Part shown: piece by piece, positions 25,556 through 37,793 of the stretch
How the letters are laid out: each line of letters opens with the position of its first letter
How positions within the stretch are numbered: position 1 is the first letter of the stretch
Assembly: GCF_022045235.1 (NCBI RefSeq)
Contig: NW_027266276.1
Coordinates: 496,001 to 560,000 of the forward strand
DNA from: Haliotis cracherodii
Lineage: Eukaryota
Direction: 5' to 3'
DNA: 64,000 nt
Notes under the pieces: model-generated
The model's input: the letters and a program-made list of their open reading frames with translations, nothing else
What the model was told of the DNA's origin: nothing
The model's database searches: none
Translations under genes and position numbers: made by a program

Positions 25556-25884
25556 CGATCCACGCTTTAAGTAAGACCACGCTCAAGCCCGTCCACACAT
25601 TGTAACAACACGATCCACGCTGTAAGTAAGACCATGCTCAAGCCCGTCCACACATTGTAACAACACGATCCACGCTGTAAGTAAAACCATGCTCAAGCCC
25701 GTCCACACATTGTAACAACACGATCCACGCTGTAAGTAAAACCACGCTCAAGCCCGTCCACACATTGAAACAACACGATCCACGCTGTAAGTAAAACCAC
25801 GCTCAAGCCCGTCCACACATTGTAACAACACGATCCACGCTGTAAGTAAAACCACGCTCAAGCCCGTTCACACATTGAAAAACA
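25556..25884. repeat. 55-bp tandem repeat, 6 copies
   Basis: CGATCCACGCTGTAAGTAA...CACATTGTAACAACA starting at 25556, 25611, 25666, 25721, 25776 and 25831. Confidence 0.95.
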
Positions 25885-26510
25885 ATAGACGATGTTGAGA
25901 TTTCAGGTTTGTGATGTCAGATTGTATGAGCGGCGTGTGCTACCAGTAGGACAGGGCAAGCTTTTCCTGGTGTCATCTCTGATTTTCAGTGATCCATTCA
26001 TAATAACTTCAAACTATGTTTCCATTGTAAGGCGTTATAATGAGGCAATTTCAGTCTCGTTATACGACGACTATCTTTGTACATGTGTTTACGTTGAATA
26101 CTTTGGTGGGTGAGATTGAGAAAAAATTGTGTTGCTTTACACTTTCGAGAATGTAACCAAGGTCCTAACAAGATGGAGATTTGACTGATTGTTTTGGGGA
26201 ACATGTGCTTTTTAGATCAAGGACTTAAAAATGAAATTGACGCTGTAAACAAATTATTAATTTATCTCCAAACGTTTTTTAAAGAAATGGGGATTTGAAA
26301 TCACAATCTCTAGGTTTCAAAGCTCATGTGACATATCAGGACGAAACACTTTATCCACTAAGCCAAAGTGAGGAGGTTCAAATGAAGATGACTTTAAGTA
26401 GACCAAATATTTAACTAAGAAAAACTTTCTTCTAAAAATAAATGAAACTTAAACCATTACCTAAATATAGAAAATGAACTTTAAACAAAACTCTTGAAAC
26501 AGATGAAAAA

Positions 26511-28036
26511 CACTCTCTCAAAAAAGAAACGCAACCCCAGTCTGAAAATGTTAGAAAGCCCCAAAAAGAAAAATGTTGATTGTAAATACAGTTTTTCTGA
26601 TATGCAAGTATACCATGTACACTGTTTATTAACGTAAGCGCCCAAACACATTAACTGTCGTGCACAAGGGCATTTTATTGTTACTTTTATCATAGTGAAC
26701 AAAATTTTCATGTGGCCCATGCCAAAAGCCTCATGCACGTGCAATTCATGGAAAGAGCAGTAGAAGTATGGGTTTATAAAAGCACGTGTTGATTAGCAAT
26801 TCACTCTATCATTTTCACCGAAAGACAAGGTCGAATATGCCACGGTTGAGTGCTGCAGATCGAAATATCGCAATTTGTCGTATTGAGGCCGAACAAAGTT
26901 TTGGAAACGTTGCCTGGCACCTCAATATTCATAAAACAACGATTCCCTACTTTGGAGCGAATACACCCAGTTTCATGCAACTGAAGATCGCCCCAGAAGT
27001 GGTAGGCCAAGTGTTACCACACCACCTCAGGATCGATTCATCCAGGTCACCCACCTACGTAATCGGCTAGCCACACCTAGGGTCACTGCAACATAGGTGC
27101 CAGTTTTGAGAAGAGTGTCCGCACAAACAATTAGGAACCGTCTACGAGAGGCCGGTCTACGTGCAAGAAGACCACTTATTGGACCTGTTTTACGCCACGA
27201 ACATCGACGCCAACGACTCAGGTGGTGCACCAATGTTCGGATATGGACCCTCAGAAACTGGAGGCGCGTCTGGTTTAGTGACGAATCACGTTTTCGCTTA
27301 CAACGCCGTGACGGAAGACAGCGTGTCTATCAAAGAGGAAACTAACGTTTTGCCCCGAAATGTGTTCGGCAGGTCGACAGATTTGGTGGAGGGAGCGTCA
27401 TGGTGTGGGGAGCCATGTATTACAACCAAATATCAGACTTGGTGATCATTTGTGGCAATTTGACAGCCCAGCGCTATATCAATGACGTTTTACAGCCTCA
27501 TCGTCTGCCGATTATCGACCAACAGAGGGAGCTCTATCAACACGACAACGCCCAGCCGCACACTGTTCATGCAACAGTGAATTTTCTCCAGAATTCTAAC
27601 GTCAACGTGTTACCATGGCCCTCCCGATCACCAGACATCAACCCAATCGAACATCTTTGTGATTATCTGGATCGACGAGTACGTGCACGTACACCGCCGC
27701 CCGAGACGTTGGATGCACTAGCCGTTGCACTGAAGTAGGAGTGGAGAGCAATCCCTCAGGAAAGAATCCGGCGTCTTGTCCGTTCTGTTCCAAGGAGGTG
27801 CAATGCTGTGATCGCAGCTCGTGGCGCTCATACGAGGTACTGAGAAAGACGCCCCCTTGCGTCAAGTCAATCTTAGTGAGAGAACTGTCGAATCTTGGAC
27901 TTAAACTTGCATAACTGTACTCCCACCATGCCAAATTTCATGTTGTTGTCTTCAATAATAAATGTGTTATAATAACTTGAATATTGAGATAAACATCTTG
28001 AAAATATAGGGGTTGCGTTTCTTTTTTGAGAGAGTG
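26511..28036 (+). mobile_element. Tc1/mariner (DD34E-type) transposon, full length with disrupted transposase (26837-27843)
   Basis: Perfect 28-bp TIRs CACTCTCTCAAAAAAGAAACGCAACCCC (26511-26538 and 28009-28036), 3' TA; motifs MPRLS, WFSDES, QHDNA, WPSRSPDINPIEH, GAHTRY; a frameshift and several stops. Confidence 0.93.
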
Positions 28037-28214
28037 TATTTAACTTGATTCTAACTATTTTGTATGCTTCATAATTTCGATAGGTGACACGTGTGTTTTC
28101 GTGTTCGTTTCCCACAAGATCGACCTATTCACCCGATAACGCATGGGAGTTATGATATTAGCGTTCATTGGTTTGAGTGGTCACGTGGTACAAAGAGAGA
28201 AATCAGAAAATATG

Positions 28215-28267
28215 TATATATAAGACATCAGTATGTAAAGTCATTCTTCTTGTCTAAGACGGTAAGT
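28215..28267 (+). promoter_or_regulatory. Copy 5 core promoter and non-coding exon 1 (28243-28261)
   Basis: TATATATAA at 28215, Inr TCATTC at 28241, donor ACG|GTAAGT. Confidence 0.72.
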
Positions 28268-29224
28268 GGAACTGATAGAAAGACGTGTGAGTGATCGAGG
28301 TTTGCGAAACGTCATGTTGGTTATGACAATTGTTTTAGTTTGTAATATATACGTATTGTATGACATGCTTAAGAGGTTTGGTGGAATGTGGTCCAACGCC
28401 GCGTTCAAGAATAATTCACTCATATAGCGACGTGCATGCACGTGTGTACGTGTCAATGCGTGTGCTACTCCGGTTTTACTGTGATAGCCTATTGAGACAC
28501 CATGCCTCAGTTTAACATTGATAGCCCTTTCAGAGTCATTGTACTGGTCCAAGCCGACGATGGTCCTTGTTTTGTCCAGTAACTGCCGAGCGCCAGTCAT
28601 GGAAAAAACAAGTACGACCCTTTAACGTAGTTTGAATGATGCTGTCAAGGAATTATGCCGTTGCATATGTGTTTATGTTAATATGCATGTAAATTAACAT
28701 ATGGCAAACCTGTTCAACTTTTGTTGTATGTTGCAAGTGGTATGTTTTTTTGCGAATTAATTTCATGATCACCGGGGCAGCATGTGGCATGCTACATAGT
28801 GAAGAGGTTGTTTGATTGAATCACGGGGAGTTGCTTAGCATTCATGTTTGAATTAATTATAACCCTGTATTTTCATGGGGACGTTTTGGAATCCTAGATG
28901 TGTTATATCCACCGCAAATGTTTCGCTTTTAGTTATTGTGATACTGAGTCATGGATATTAACCCGAACAACATGAGAACATTGAGGACATGTCAAAATTG
29001 GAAAATACCTCGTTTTTGTCACTGATGCGTCACGTTTGGAATAAAATCCACGTGTCTATCAAATATCTGAAAACCACCAAGACACGCTTGACTGTGGTCA
29101 CAATCACATTTATGATATTGTTTCTAACTGACATTTCTTTATCAATAATGCTGAGTCAACCCGAGAAAAAACATTTTTGCCGAGACTTTAAACCTTTTAT
29201 TAACGTGGCACTTTGCACGTTGCA

Positions 29225-29945
29225 CATATTGCAGTGACGCGTGTGTGTTTGTCTTCCCGGCTAAAACAAGGGCACACATTGTAGTGACACGTGAGTGTAT
29301 GTCTCTCGGCTAGAACCAGGAACCCATTGCAGTGACACGTGCGTTTTTGTCTCTCGGCTAGAAAAAGGAATCCATTGCAGTGACACGTGTGTGTTTGTAT
29401 CTCGACAAGAACAAGGAACCCACTGTAGTGACACGTGCGTGTTTGTGTCTCGGATAGAACCAGGAACCCATTGCAGTGACACGTGTGTGTTTGTGTCTCG
29501 GCTAGAACCAGGAACCCATTGCAGTGACACGTGCCTGTTTGTCTCTCGGCTAGAACCAGGAACCTATTGCAGTGACACGTGTGTGTATGTGTCTCGGCTA
29601 GAACCAGGAACCCATTGCATTGACACGTGTGTGTTTGTATCTCAGCAAGAACAAGGTACCCATTGCAATGACACGTGCGTGTTTGTCTCTCGGCTAGAAC
29701 CAGGAGCCCATTGCAGTGACACGTGTGTGTTTGTATCTCAGCAAGAACAAGGAACCCATTGCAATGACACGTGCGTGTTTGTATCTCAGCAAGAACAAGG
29801 AACCCATTGCAATGACACGTGCGTGTTTGTATCTCAGCAAGAACAAGGAACCCATTGCAGTGACGTGCGTGTTTGTCTCTCGGCTAGAACAAGGAACCCA
29901 TTGCAGTGACATGTGTGTTTGTATCTCAGCTACACATATTGTAGT
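29225..29945. repeat. 48-bp minisatellite in intron 1 of copy 5
   Basis: CATTGCAGTGACACGTGTGTGTTTGTCTCTCGGCTAGAACCAGGAACC, ~14 units. Confidence 0.93.
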
Positions 29946-30110
29946 GATCTCCTTGATCGCATTTGAAACATTGTTGTGACAAATAGTTTGTTTGTCTCTA
30001 AGCTTGTACAAGACACATTGTAGTGTCACCGTGTGGTTGACTCCCAGATCGTAGATGGCTATTGTAGTGACGTATGTTGTGCTTGTCTTCCAGGTAGAAA
30101 CAACATCACA

Positions 30111-30995
30111 ATGAAGGTCGCCATCTTCCTCCTCTGTCTCCTGCCTCTGGCCTTTGCCGAGAAGAAAGCCCTACTTGGAGGCAGTGAGTGTCACGACACA
30201 GATACTACTGGGCATATACACTTGTTTGTATATACATATTGTATCAGAATATACACATACAATCATCGCATAATGCATACGCACCACCACCAGACCCCAT
30301 CCCACCCTGACACACGTTCTTTGACTGCCAAAATAACCGTCATGATGACAGAGCAAGGTCAATGTCACACAACTTCACTGTAGTGGTATTCAAACATACA
30401 TACATACATTCATACATACATACAAGTCATTCAACTGTTCACAGGAAAACACGAGCAATTGTCAATGTATTCAAAGTTAATAGCTCACAATTGTGTTTTA
30501 AGTTTTGGACGGCGCCGAAATCCATAATCTCGTCAATTCCGTGGTTGAGAAGTTTGGCAGTGATGCTACCGAGAAAGAGTGTGAAACGGAGTGCACCGCA
30601 CTCTTCACCAACGACATCCTCGACCTCGGCTGCGACTTCGCCTGCAAGGAGTAAGTTTTTCTTGCCAAATACTTTTTAAATAAAATTAAGAAAGGGGTCA
30701 GTTGAAATGCAGCTTCGTGTAACCTTGAACACATTGTTGCAAGACCCGTCACGTCGAATGTTGCATTGGTTGTTGCAATGTTTGATAGCCTTCAGTTACT
30801 ATAATGGCGCCCTGAACTAAGTACCACCTGTATGGTCTAGTCTAGTGGGCAGAGGGTCTGCCCGGAGAGTAGAAAGTCGCTTGTTCGATCCCCGTTAAAA
30901 TATACTTGTTATTTCCCTGTATGGCCCATGACATTAATAGTGACTGTTCTTTTTTCAGAATCCAGAGCCTTATTCAGAAGTTTCACAAGAACTGA
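30111..30995 (+). CDS. Array copy 5: secreted twin-CX3C protein, 85 aa; exons 30111-30183, 30503-30650, 30959-30995
   Basis: MKVAIFLLCLLPLAFAEKKALLGGILDGAEIHNLVNSVVEKFGSDATEKECETECTALFTNDILDLGCDFACKEIQSLIQKFHKN*; GT-AG introns. Confidence 0.88.
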
Positions 30996-31067
30996 CCGAC
31001 GTCCGCTATGATAAACTGTCTGTCACCGGTCATTAATAAAATGTAGCTTCGCCACCATGAACTTTGT

Positions 31068-31760
31068 TGTTGATAATAATGTAAGATTGAAACGCTACTT
31101 ATGCTAGGCCTTACATCGTTTAAAACATTGACTATACGAATAGGGCAGGGGTTAACGCATTCGCTCCTCACGACGAAGACCCGGGTTCGATTCCCGACAT
31201 GGGTACAATGTGTGAAGCCCATTTCTGGTGTCCCCCACCGTGATATTGCTGGAATATTGCTTAAAGCGGCGTTAAACCATACTCACTCACTCACTCACAC
31301 ACTCACTGTTGATAATATTGTAACATTGAAACACTAATTATGCCAAGTCTTACATCGTTTAAAACAGTGACTATACGAATAGGGCAGTAGTGTAGCCTAG
31401 AGGTTAACGCATTCGCTTGTCACGCCGAAGACCCGGATTCGATTCCCGACATTGGTGCAATGTTTGAAGCCCATTTCTGGTGTCCCCCGCCGTGATATTG
31501 CTATAATATTGCAGAAAGCGGCGTTAAACCCTACTCACTCACTTACTCACTCACTGTTGATAATAATATAACATTGAAACACTATTTATGCCAAGTCTTA
31601 CATCGACTATACGAATAGTGCGGCTGGGTAGCCTAGTGGTTAACGCGTTCGCTTGTCACGCCGAAGACCCGGGTTCGATTCCTTTTAGGGTACTGTATGT
31701 GACGCAAATTTCTGGTTTCTCAAGATAAAATTGGAATATTGCTAAAGGCGGCGAGCGAAA
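31068..31760 (+). repeat. ~240-bp tandem triplication of copy-5 3' flank plus SINE A
   Basis: Three units of GTTGATAAT...TTGAAAC..TACATCG..ACTATACGAATAG, each followed by a SINE A copy. Confidence 0.8.
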
Positions 31761-31795
31761 CAAAAATTCAGTCCCTTAGATCTACAAGATGCAAG

Positions 31796-32031
31796 GTTGT
31801 TTTGTTTGTTATTTTTTTGTTGTGGTTAACGCCGGACTCAATAGCAATATTCCAGCTAAATAATCGAGTCTACATCAGACAACACAGTGATTGACATCAT
31901 GAGCATCGGTCCACGTAAATGGGATGCGATGACATGCATCAGTCACGTAAACTAGCCTGACCACCCGATGTGGTCGCCTCTTACGACAAGCATGGGTGCT
32001 GAAGACCTATTCTAACCCAGATCTTCACGGG
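31796..32031 (-). mobile_element. SINE family B
   Basis: GTCGCCTCTTACGACAAGCATGGG core. Confidence 0.75.
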
Positions 32032-32034
32032 TGA

Positions 32035-33455
32035 CCTTAAGCTAAGATACAAGATGCCTTAACCTAAAATGCAAGGTGCCTTAATCTAAGATGCAAGGTG
32101 CCTTAACCTAAGATACAAGGTGTCTTAATCTAAGATGCAAGGTGTCTTAATCTAAGATGCAAGGTGCCTTAACCTAAGATACAAGGTGTCTTAATCTAAG
32201 ATGCAAGGTGTCTTAATCTAAGATACAAGGTGCCTTAATCTAAGATGCAAGGTGCCGTAACCTAAGATGCAAGGTGCCTTAATCTAAGATGCAAGGTGTC
32301 TTAATCTAAGATGCAAGGTGCCTTAACCTAAGATTCAAGGTGCCTTAACCTAAGAATGAATGAATGAATAAATTTCTTTATTTCCTCCCGAGTTGAATCC
32401 GAAGATGTTACATGGGCATATACATTATTTACAATACATCAATGAAATTACTTGACTATATAAAATGAAATCATGTTATACACTGCTATTAATAAATAAT
32501 TTACAATGTACATTTTGAGAGCAATAAGGTATCTAGTAGATATACATAAGGTGTTTCTTTAAATTCCATATGAAGTGGCAGAAAGCCATTATGATGCTTT
32601 GCCAAGTATCATAATCAAGTTCGTTAGTCAAGTCATGGACATCTGCACCGAGAAAGAACGAAAGCCTATCATCATCGTCAAGCATATCTATTTCCCGTAT
32701 ACATCCACGTCAAGTTTATCAGTCAGGCATGAGAAGAAATTATTTCTGTCAGGCATAAACATTTCACAGTGCAAAATAATATGGCAATCATAGTCATAGC
32801 AATGTCTATTACAATGGTTACATTCTTTCGACACTTTTGCTCTTGATCCGATTTTAATAGAAAGTTGCAGGGGTTGTCTTAAATGTGGATAGAGATACAT
32901 TACATTATAAAAACATCCATTTGTAAACGTTTATGAATTTTATGGTATCGTGAAAGATCTGGTCTCTGTGCTAGTCTCTCTCTCCAGATGTACTGTTTAT
33001 TCTCTGATAGACGTCTGATTACAAGAGCTCGCCAAGCCGATTTAGTTGGGAATGAACCACTATCAGTATATTCCTTTATATAGTTATCTAAATGGTATTT
33101 TTAGCAGTATATAGAAGGATGTTGCATATGCTTACTGGACGGCTAATATTAACAATAGCGTTGTTAGCAATGTGAGCACAAAATAGGTCTTTTGTTATTA
33201 AGTTACAATCGTTATTGCAAAGCCTTCCTAATAATTTTAGTCTACATTTATCAATGTATCCATTCACTGACCATATTCCCAAGTTAGAAATAGACGAATC
33301 TAAGATGCAAGGTATGTAAACCTAAGATGCAAGGTATGTAAACCTAAGATGCAAGGAGTCTTAATCTAGGATGCAAGGTGTCTTAATCTAGGATGCAAGG
33401 TGTCTTAACCCAAGATGCAAGGTGCCTTAACCTAAGATGCAAGGTACCTTAACTT
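32035..33455. repeat. 22-bp satellite (AACCTAAGATGCAAGGTGCCTT)n interrupted by a LINE fragment
   Basis: 22-bp period at 32035-32353 and 33298-33455. Confidence 0.9.
32354..33298 (-). mobile_element. 3' fragment of a non-LTR retrotransposon (LINE)
   Basis: (ATTC)n 3' tail; disrupted ORF2 C-terminus LGIWSVNGYIDKCRLKLLGRLC...FPTKSAWR...CNHC..HIILHC (CCHC knuckle-like). Confidence 0.7.
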
Positions 33456-33529
33456 GAGGTAAAGCTTCACGCCGGAATTCACGTGACGTTTCAGCGACAC
33501 AGACAGGTACAATGTTACAAAGACAGACA

Positions 33530-33985
33530 CGGTGTTACACAGACTCAGATTTGGTGCAAAGTTACATTGACGCAGATTTGGTGCAATGTTACGCAGACTC
33601 AGATTAGGTGCAATGTTACACAGACTCAGATTAGGTGCAATGTTACGCAGACTCAGATTAGGTGCAATGTTACACAGACTCATATCTGGTGCATTGTTAC
33701 ACAGACTCAGATTAGGTGCAATGTTATGCAGACTCAGATTTGCTGCAATGTTACACTGACTCAGATTAGGTGCAATGTTATGCAGACTCAGATTAGGTGC
33801 AATGTAACACAGACTCAGATTAGGTGCATTGTTACACAGACCCAGATTTGGTGCACTGTAACACAGGCTCAGATTTGCTGCAGTGTTAAACAGGCTCAGA
33901 TTTGCTGCAATCTTACACAGACTCAGATTTGCTGCAATCTTACACAGACTCAGATTTGCTGCAATCTTACACGGGTGCAATGTTG
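33530..33985. repeat. 27-bp minisatellite (TGCAATGTTACACAGACTCAGATTTGC)n
   Basis: 27-bp period. Confidence 0.93.
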
Positions 33986-35333
33986 GATAACTGATCAACT
34001 GGCTGACTCATTGAAGCTAGGGAATACAGAATTAGCTTGGAAAGGATGTTTAGAAATTCCGAGAGTGCAAAGAAACAATTTCAAGAGTCTGATATTTCCC
34101 TACTGCTGTGCGACGTTAAGAACAAACAAACGCTTACTTTTTTGTAGCGGGTTCTACCTGTAGAGCAGGTCTTGCTAACCTTTTTGCGAACACCTGGTGC
34201 TATCACTGATATTTTCTGAACTGAGTCGAAGTTTTTGGAGATGGAGTCTCCGAGTTTCATCATAAACTCAGTAGCATTTGTAACTTATGCTGAGTAAACT
34301 TCAAAAACATCTTTGGGCTGAGACATTAAAATAATTTAATAACATAAAATAATAAAATTTTCACAACTATTTTGCATTTTTGCAAAATGGAGTCTGTTTG
34401 GGCGGATAATCGAGACTGATTATTCCCTGGCGTTGACTTTGTATATTTGTAGATGTTCCACCAAAGCTTTTAAATAGAAGCCACAAAAACCCTTTCCATA
34501 TCCATAAGAAATATCGATTGTACGATTCCGACTTAACGCTGAGCATGTGTAGATACCAGGTGTTCTGGAAAACCCAAGTTCATCACGATTGCATGTATGT
34601 ACGAGGAGTGAAGGAAACGTTCTGAGCCTGACTATGTTGGACTGCGTCGATGAGTTGATTGTTAATTGTTTGTCAACATCCTCCCCTCGGAGGTACGCAT
34701 GTCTGTCCACGATGCTGGAGTGCGTGAACAGCAAAAATAACGTCATCATCATTTGCATAGTGCTTGTCAAAACGTTTGTTCTTTAATTTAGGAAGAGGTT
34801 ATAAATATGGCAGTGCCAAATCTGGTGAACAAGTAGGCTGTTCAATTAGGTCAAATCCACAGGAATGCATTGCGGGTTACAGATTGGCACACAGTTACAT
34901 TGTCCAGCTGAACAACACACATTTGGTGAGTTTTCCACGACGTTCAACCTTGATAATCTCACGATAATCCCAAGGCAAAGTTGCATCATGTTGGCCATTG
35001 ATGGAATGTTTCAGGAGGTAGTCCGCCAGTAAGATACCCTTGTACCCCTCCCCTCTCCTCCCACAATCCACCGCAGAAAGGAATAAAGAAAACAAACAAA
35101 AACACCGAAGCCATAACCTTGCTAGGTTCTTCGGGGGACGATACTTCAGCGTATTCTACTATCTTGACGCACCACATGTCAATAGCCACACCAGTTGGTT
35201 TCTCCCATGGGAGAGTTGAAAATAGCTGAAAAAAGTCATGTGAACTGGACCCTGTTGGTTTTGCTACTTTGTAACCATGGGTACGTCTTGGGTCGCTGAC
35301 TGATAGCGGTTGACCCATAGATACAAGTCACTT

Positions 35334-36718
35334 GTCACTGCTACAGAAAGCATGTATTCCATGCAAAAGTAGACTTTTATACAAGCCCGATGCATTTCAC
35401 TACCAAAGAATCGGTATAAAAACATGTGCTTTAACGGGATTCTATATGCATTGTTTAGCATCTTGCTGATAACAACCACTCAGAAAAACAACAAAATTAC
35501 GCAATTATTCAACATTACGAAATGCCACGCCTGTCCGAAAATGAGCGTCTGCGAGCCATTGGTAGGCTTGAAGCAGGATCGAATCACCGTGATGTTTCAA
35601 GAAAATTTAACGACCACAGTTACACCATTTGGTGTTTATGGCAACGTTGGCAACAGACGAATGCAGTCAGAGACCATCCTCGGAGTAGCAGGCAACGTGT
35701 AACCAATAATCGACAAAACAACTGGATTCGAACAACACACTACGAAATAGATTCTAGCCAGCAGCAGTGACTGCAAGAAGCATCCCTGGCCTTCGACGAA
35801 TATCTTTACAAACCGTACGTCGCCGCTTCAGATGTGCAGGGATTGTCCTAAGAAGACCCGCCAGACGTCCCATTTTGACAGGAAACCACCGTCAAGTACG
35901 TCTAAAGTGGTGCAGACAGCGTCTACGCTGGATGGCCATGCAGTGGGGACAAGTTCTATTCACTAACGAGTCTCGTTGTCACCTCAGCCACAGCGATGGG
36001 CGGATTCGATTGAACCGTCGTCGAGGTGAACGTTACGTCCATCATTGTGTCATGGGAGAAGATCGGTTCGGGGGCGGCAGCGTTATGGTATTGGGTGGGA
36101 ATACAGCAAGATAGAGGACCCGTTTGATAGTGGTAGGGGGAAATTTCAATGGACAGTGCTACCGCGACGAGATCATCGGCTCTAATGTTCTACCGTTTTT
36201 GCGTCGTCATGGCCCAGGCATTACCCATCAGACAACGCCCGGACTCATATTGCTCGACTTGTTCAGGATTCTCTTCAACAAAACAACGTGAATGTCATCC
36301 CCTGGCCGGCTCGCTCCCCTGATCTCTCACCAATCGAGCACATGTGGGATGAGATGGATCGGCCCCTTTGACGTCAACCACGTGTTCCACAGACACTCCA
36401 TCGAAACATGCTCCAGTAGATATGGACAGATATCCCACAGGACTTGTGCGACGCCTGGTCCATTCCATGAGACGAAGATGTGTTGCTTGCGTCGCAACCA
36501 GAGGTGGACACACTCGCTATAGATTTGTAAATTGACATTTTGGCATGTTCATGTTTTTTTATGAAATCATGCATTTTCTTTAGTCATTATGGTAAATTAA
36601 ACCATTTGAACACTTACAGGAGTCTGTTATCTGTTGCAAACTGACATTGTTTCAGAATTGGTAATAAACTTTGCATGAAATCTTATTCAATGTCACAGGA
36701 ACGTTTGTTGTTTAGTAA
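35334..36718 (+). mobile_element. Tc1 transposon, left TIR deleted, disrupted transposase (35522-36522)
   Basis: MPRLSENERLRAIGRLEAG, LFTNESR, GGGSVMV, DNA, WPARSPDLSPIEH, GGHTRY; right TIR at ~36691-36712; paralog of 46540-48026. Confidence 0.88.
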
Positions 36719-37740
36719 AGATCAGCGTGCTGAAACCCTACGTCACGCCAAGTTCATTCAGCAGAATATTTTCAACTCTCTCACGGGAGAAACCTGTTGT
36801 ATCGGCTATGTGACGTATGGTGTGTCATCGATCATTGAAAATCAAATCATGTATTTTATAAACATTTTCCATTCTGATGAAGTCAGTATATGGCTGAATT
36901 ATTGCCGATGTGACTTTAAATTTTAACTCACTCATCATTCTGATGATGGTTGAAGGTCTTCCTCATCTTAGATCATTTCCGGGGCTTTCTCTTACCCTCT
37001 TAAACTCCGCTGCCCACTTCCTCACAGTCGCACAGGAAGGAGCATCGTTCATTCAAGCAGATTTGGTCCTTTCACGGGAAATACTTGGTGACAGAGCAGT
37101 AGATAATTTTGCCCCGTTTCATCAAAAGAATATCCAGTCATTTTGAAGTCTGCAGAAATATGCTGCCCGGTTGTGTATTTGGTTCAAATGCAGCCCGTAA
37201 CCCTGGAGAGTGTTGTACTTCATATAGGCAACGTGTTAAGAGTGTCTTATCCATCCTTCGAAGTTGGTTATTGTCCAAAGTTGGTAAAAAAAGGTAAAAC
37301 TTACACAGAGCAAATAAAACTTTAAACATCCTCGAAGCCTCATTTTCAATTCCATCACTATTTAATAGTGATTCATGAATATATGTTATTTGTATATTCA
37401 GAATCATTTAAGGCAATTTCTTATGGTCCCATGTAACAACGACGTAGTTTAGTGTTGGAATCGCACTTTGGACTCTTTACGTTTAGCGAAATTTCTCATG
37501 ATTATGTAAAGGGATTGTTGCTTTATATTTAAAAGTCTACTTCAGAGATATTTAACCGAGTTCTATTTAACCGAGTTCATAATATTTCGTATGTTTTATA
37601 ATCTAGTAGCGTGACACATGTTTTTTCTTGTTCGTTTCCCACAATATCGGCCTTTTCACCCGATAACGCATGGAAATTTTTATCTTGACGTCCATTGGTT
37701 GCAGTGATCACGTTATGCAAAAAACACCTCAGAGAATATA

Positions 37741-37793
37741 TATAAAAAGCGTAATAGTTTGTGAACTCATTCTCCTTGTCTCAAACGGTAAGT
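37741..37793 (+). promoter_or_regulatory. Copy 6 core promoter and non-coding exon 1 (37769-37787)
   Basis: TATAAAA at 37741, Inr TCATTC at 37767, donor ACG|GTAAGT. Confidence 0.72.

Noticed and set aside
25556-25884. CRISPR-like array
   Set aside because: Contiguous 55-bp tandem units with no unique spacers, eukaryotic context and no cas genes. The same applies to the other minisatellites.
26837-27843. Active Tc1 transposase
   Set aside because: Frameshift and several in-frame stops; the other two Tc1 copies are disrupted as well.
29295-29909. 204-aa Cys-repeat ORF
   Set aside because: 48-bp minisatellite inside intron 1 of copy 5.
34420-35318. Duplicated 110-116 aa ORFs (also 45566-46464) as conserved genes
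   Set aside because: Their identity is explained by the recent segmental duplication; no recognisable domain or splice structure.
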